Positions 62,045-64,000 of a stretch of DNA of 64,000 nucleotides are shown here, piece by piece. Position 1 is the first letter of the stretch. Each line of letters begins with the position of its first letter. The stretch spans positions 570,790-634,789 of the forward strand of contig NMRA01000211.1 in the NCBI GenBank assembly GCA_002633005.1, in the 5' to 3' direction. The stretch is from Phoronis australis. Its lineage: Eukaryota > Animalia > Phoronida. The position numbers and the translations under genes are program-made. Below the pieces are notes generated by a model. That model was not told the origin of the DNA, searched no databases, and saw nothing but the letters and a program-made list of their open reading frames with translations.

Positions 62045-62377
62045 CTAAAATGGAGACGAGTTATGTTAAAACAAAACTGGTTCCGATCTGTTGGGCGACT
62101 CCTTTTGAAACCTGTATCTCACATCTGGCCTCATGTTACCGCGGATCATAGAACTTTAGACATGAAGTGCCAACTTAGGTCGTGTCGTTGATGTTGCGCT
62201 AGATTTGTTTGCATTTGTTTGTTCAGGTGTTGTTTCTTGGTATGAAATATAGGGCTTAAGGTGAAATATTTTTAGCGCATTCAGAACTACTATCACGTAA
62301 AGCGTGTTTTGAACTTATTTCATCTATATCTTCGGAGTGTTTTCAGAGCTAATGACCCCAAACATTGTCAAATGTAA

Positions 62378-62580
62378 AATTATCTGCTTGCGATTCTGCG
62401 ATTTGGGAAGCCGGCCGTAGGTATTATTACAATAATTTCGAAAGTTTACAATTTCTTTAAAATCTATTCACATGATCAAGCACCATCTGAGCTCAGATGT
62501 GTTACCAAGTTCATGTACGTAGGACAAATAATAACAAATACATATTTTATCACTTGGGCAAAAAGCAAAGATGTCACCTT
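62378..62580 (-). repeat. Intron 2 sequence paralogous to 18045-18090 plus 18740-18880
   Basis: Shared ATCTGCTTGCGATTC, TCGAAAGTTTACAATTT.TTAAAAT, ATGATCAAG.ACCATCTGA and GTACGTAGGACAAATA. Confidence 0.8.
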
Positions 62581-64000
62581 CAATAATACTTTTCGCAACT
62601 CCCCCGTTTTTCCACCGATTTGCATAACATGGGTGTCATTAGAAAGCCTTTCATCAACCGTTGGTAGGGTATGATTATACCCAGAAGCAAAAGAAAAATA
62701 ATAAACGTCATAAATAGTAATCGTGTTGTATAAAATAAGTTGGAATGATGCCTTCTGCGATGCACAAAGGGTGCTTAGGCCTCAGTCACAGATAGGCCTA
62801 TTTCACTAATCACCTGATGAAGACTCACTGGATCTCACAGCATAGTCTTGTTCGTGAGTAAAGTCTTCCTGTTTTTCTCAGGTAATTAGAAATGTCGTTA
62901 AATGTGCATGATGTCTACCAGGCAAGTTATACGTCCATCAAGCAGAAGATTGCAAAAATCCTGATAAACATGGCAAATTTACATTAGATGTGATTCTCAG
63001 CTTCCAAGGTACACTTATGGCAGTTTGAAAAGGCCACTTGTCCTGTGATGTTTTGGTGGCGAGCGAAGTTGCAGTGCCTAAAATTACTTCATCTGCCGAA
63101 TAGCCAGCCTATCTAAGCATAGGGGTCTTTTAGAACCTGTTGGCTCAATAAGATTTGGAAAATAAGCTTTGTATGTCTACACGTAGAGCTCATCATCTAC
63201 CACGCATCCGCTCACAATTTAAACACGCATTGTTTTACATTTTTAGGTCAATTTAAACAGCTAGGGACGCTTTGTTTGTGCTATTGAACCTTTCAAGAAT
63301 AATACTACAGAGCTTGGAGTTTCAAATCACTCCATCTTATCAGCCAGTGAACAGGCTTCATGTCCCCGCGTTTCAGGCGTTTGCTGTAGGTCGCCCTCAA
63401 GTTCTCTTAGGCAACTTTGAATATATTGTGTTCTACTACGAGGATTTTAGTAGCATCCGCTTTTGCGGAACACCAAGAGCCGATTTCAAAAAGGAGGTTG
63501 AACAAAACCTGGTTTAAGGCCTTAACCTGGTCTTTATAAACCTGGTCTATTTTTAGACTTAACTTGCATTTAACCAATGTCGTTTAAAAGTCCAAAAGCC
63601 TGGTTTTGTTAAACCAGGCTTAAAGTCACCCTCTTGTGTCCTAAATGACTGAACGAAATATTTGCCTCATCAAGTTACTCATTGTTTACTTACATGCCTG
63701 CTTGATGAGTTCATTGTGTTGAAAGCTAAGATGATTTAGTTGATACCTGGAATAAAACTGATTAGCGCGAACGCTATGGTCAAAAGTGATGAAATTAAAA
63801 CTACGTTCACAAACGACTAATAATACAACTGCAACAAACTTACAAACTAAAATGAACACTGATACTGAAATACTACATAGTAACACGTTAAGAAAATACT
63901 TTCTTATAAACTATTAAGGAACACTGCAATCTAAATCACACCATAGACTATAGTACATGGACCGCCAACTCCGTATACTTTCAATGGACGAAATCTGTGA

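Overview
AT-rich animal genomic DNA with spliceosomal introns, most likely from a marine invertebrate; no prokaryotic features or CRISPR arrays. The host content is a minus-strand tandem cluster of at least three paralogous secreted lectin genes built as signal peptide + PAN/apple domain + F-type (fucolectin) domain. Copy B looks complete: exons 47130-46800, 27905-27702, 17882-17658 and a probable stop exon at 16417-16413, about 254 aa, all introns phase 1, with an intact H-x26-R-x-D-x4-R fucose motif. Copy A contributes only exon 1 (10206-9876). Copy C contributes a pseudogenised exon 3 (62044-61823). Introns and spacers are packed with nested, decayed transposons: a Gmr1-type Ty3/Gypsy element (PR-IN-RT-RH order, SCAN-like gag), an internally deleted Kolobok (THAP transposase plus convergent Cys-rich KolX-like gene), a P-like THAP element, two Sola-like elements, an IS3EU-like integrase, an Academ-like remnant, a 5'-truncated CR1-group LINE, a palindromic Crypton-like element carrying a tRNA-like Pol III unit, a repeat with arrays of CTCF-consensus motifs, and many MITEs. 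All family names come from motif recall by eye, not from database searches.
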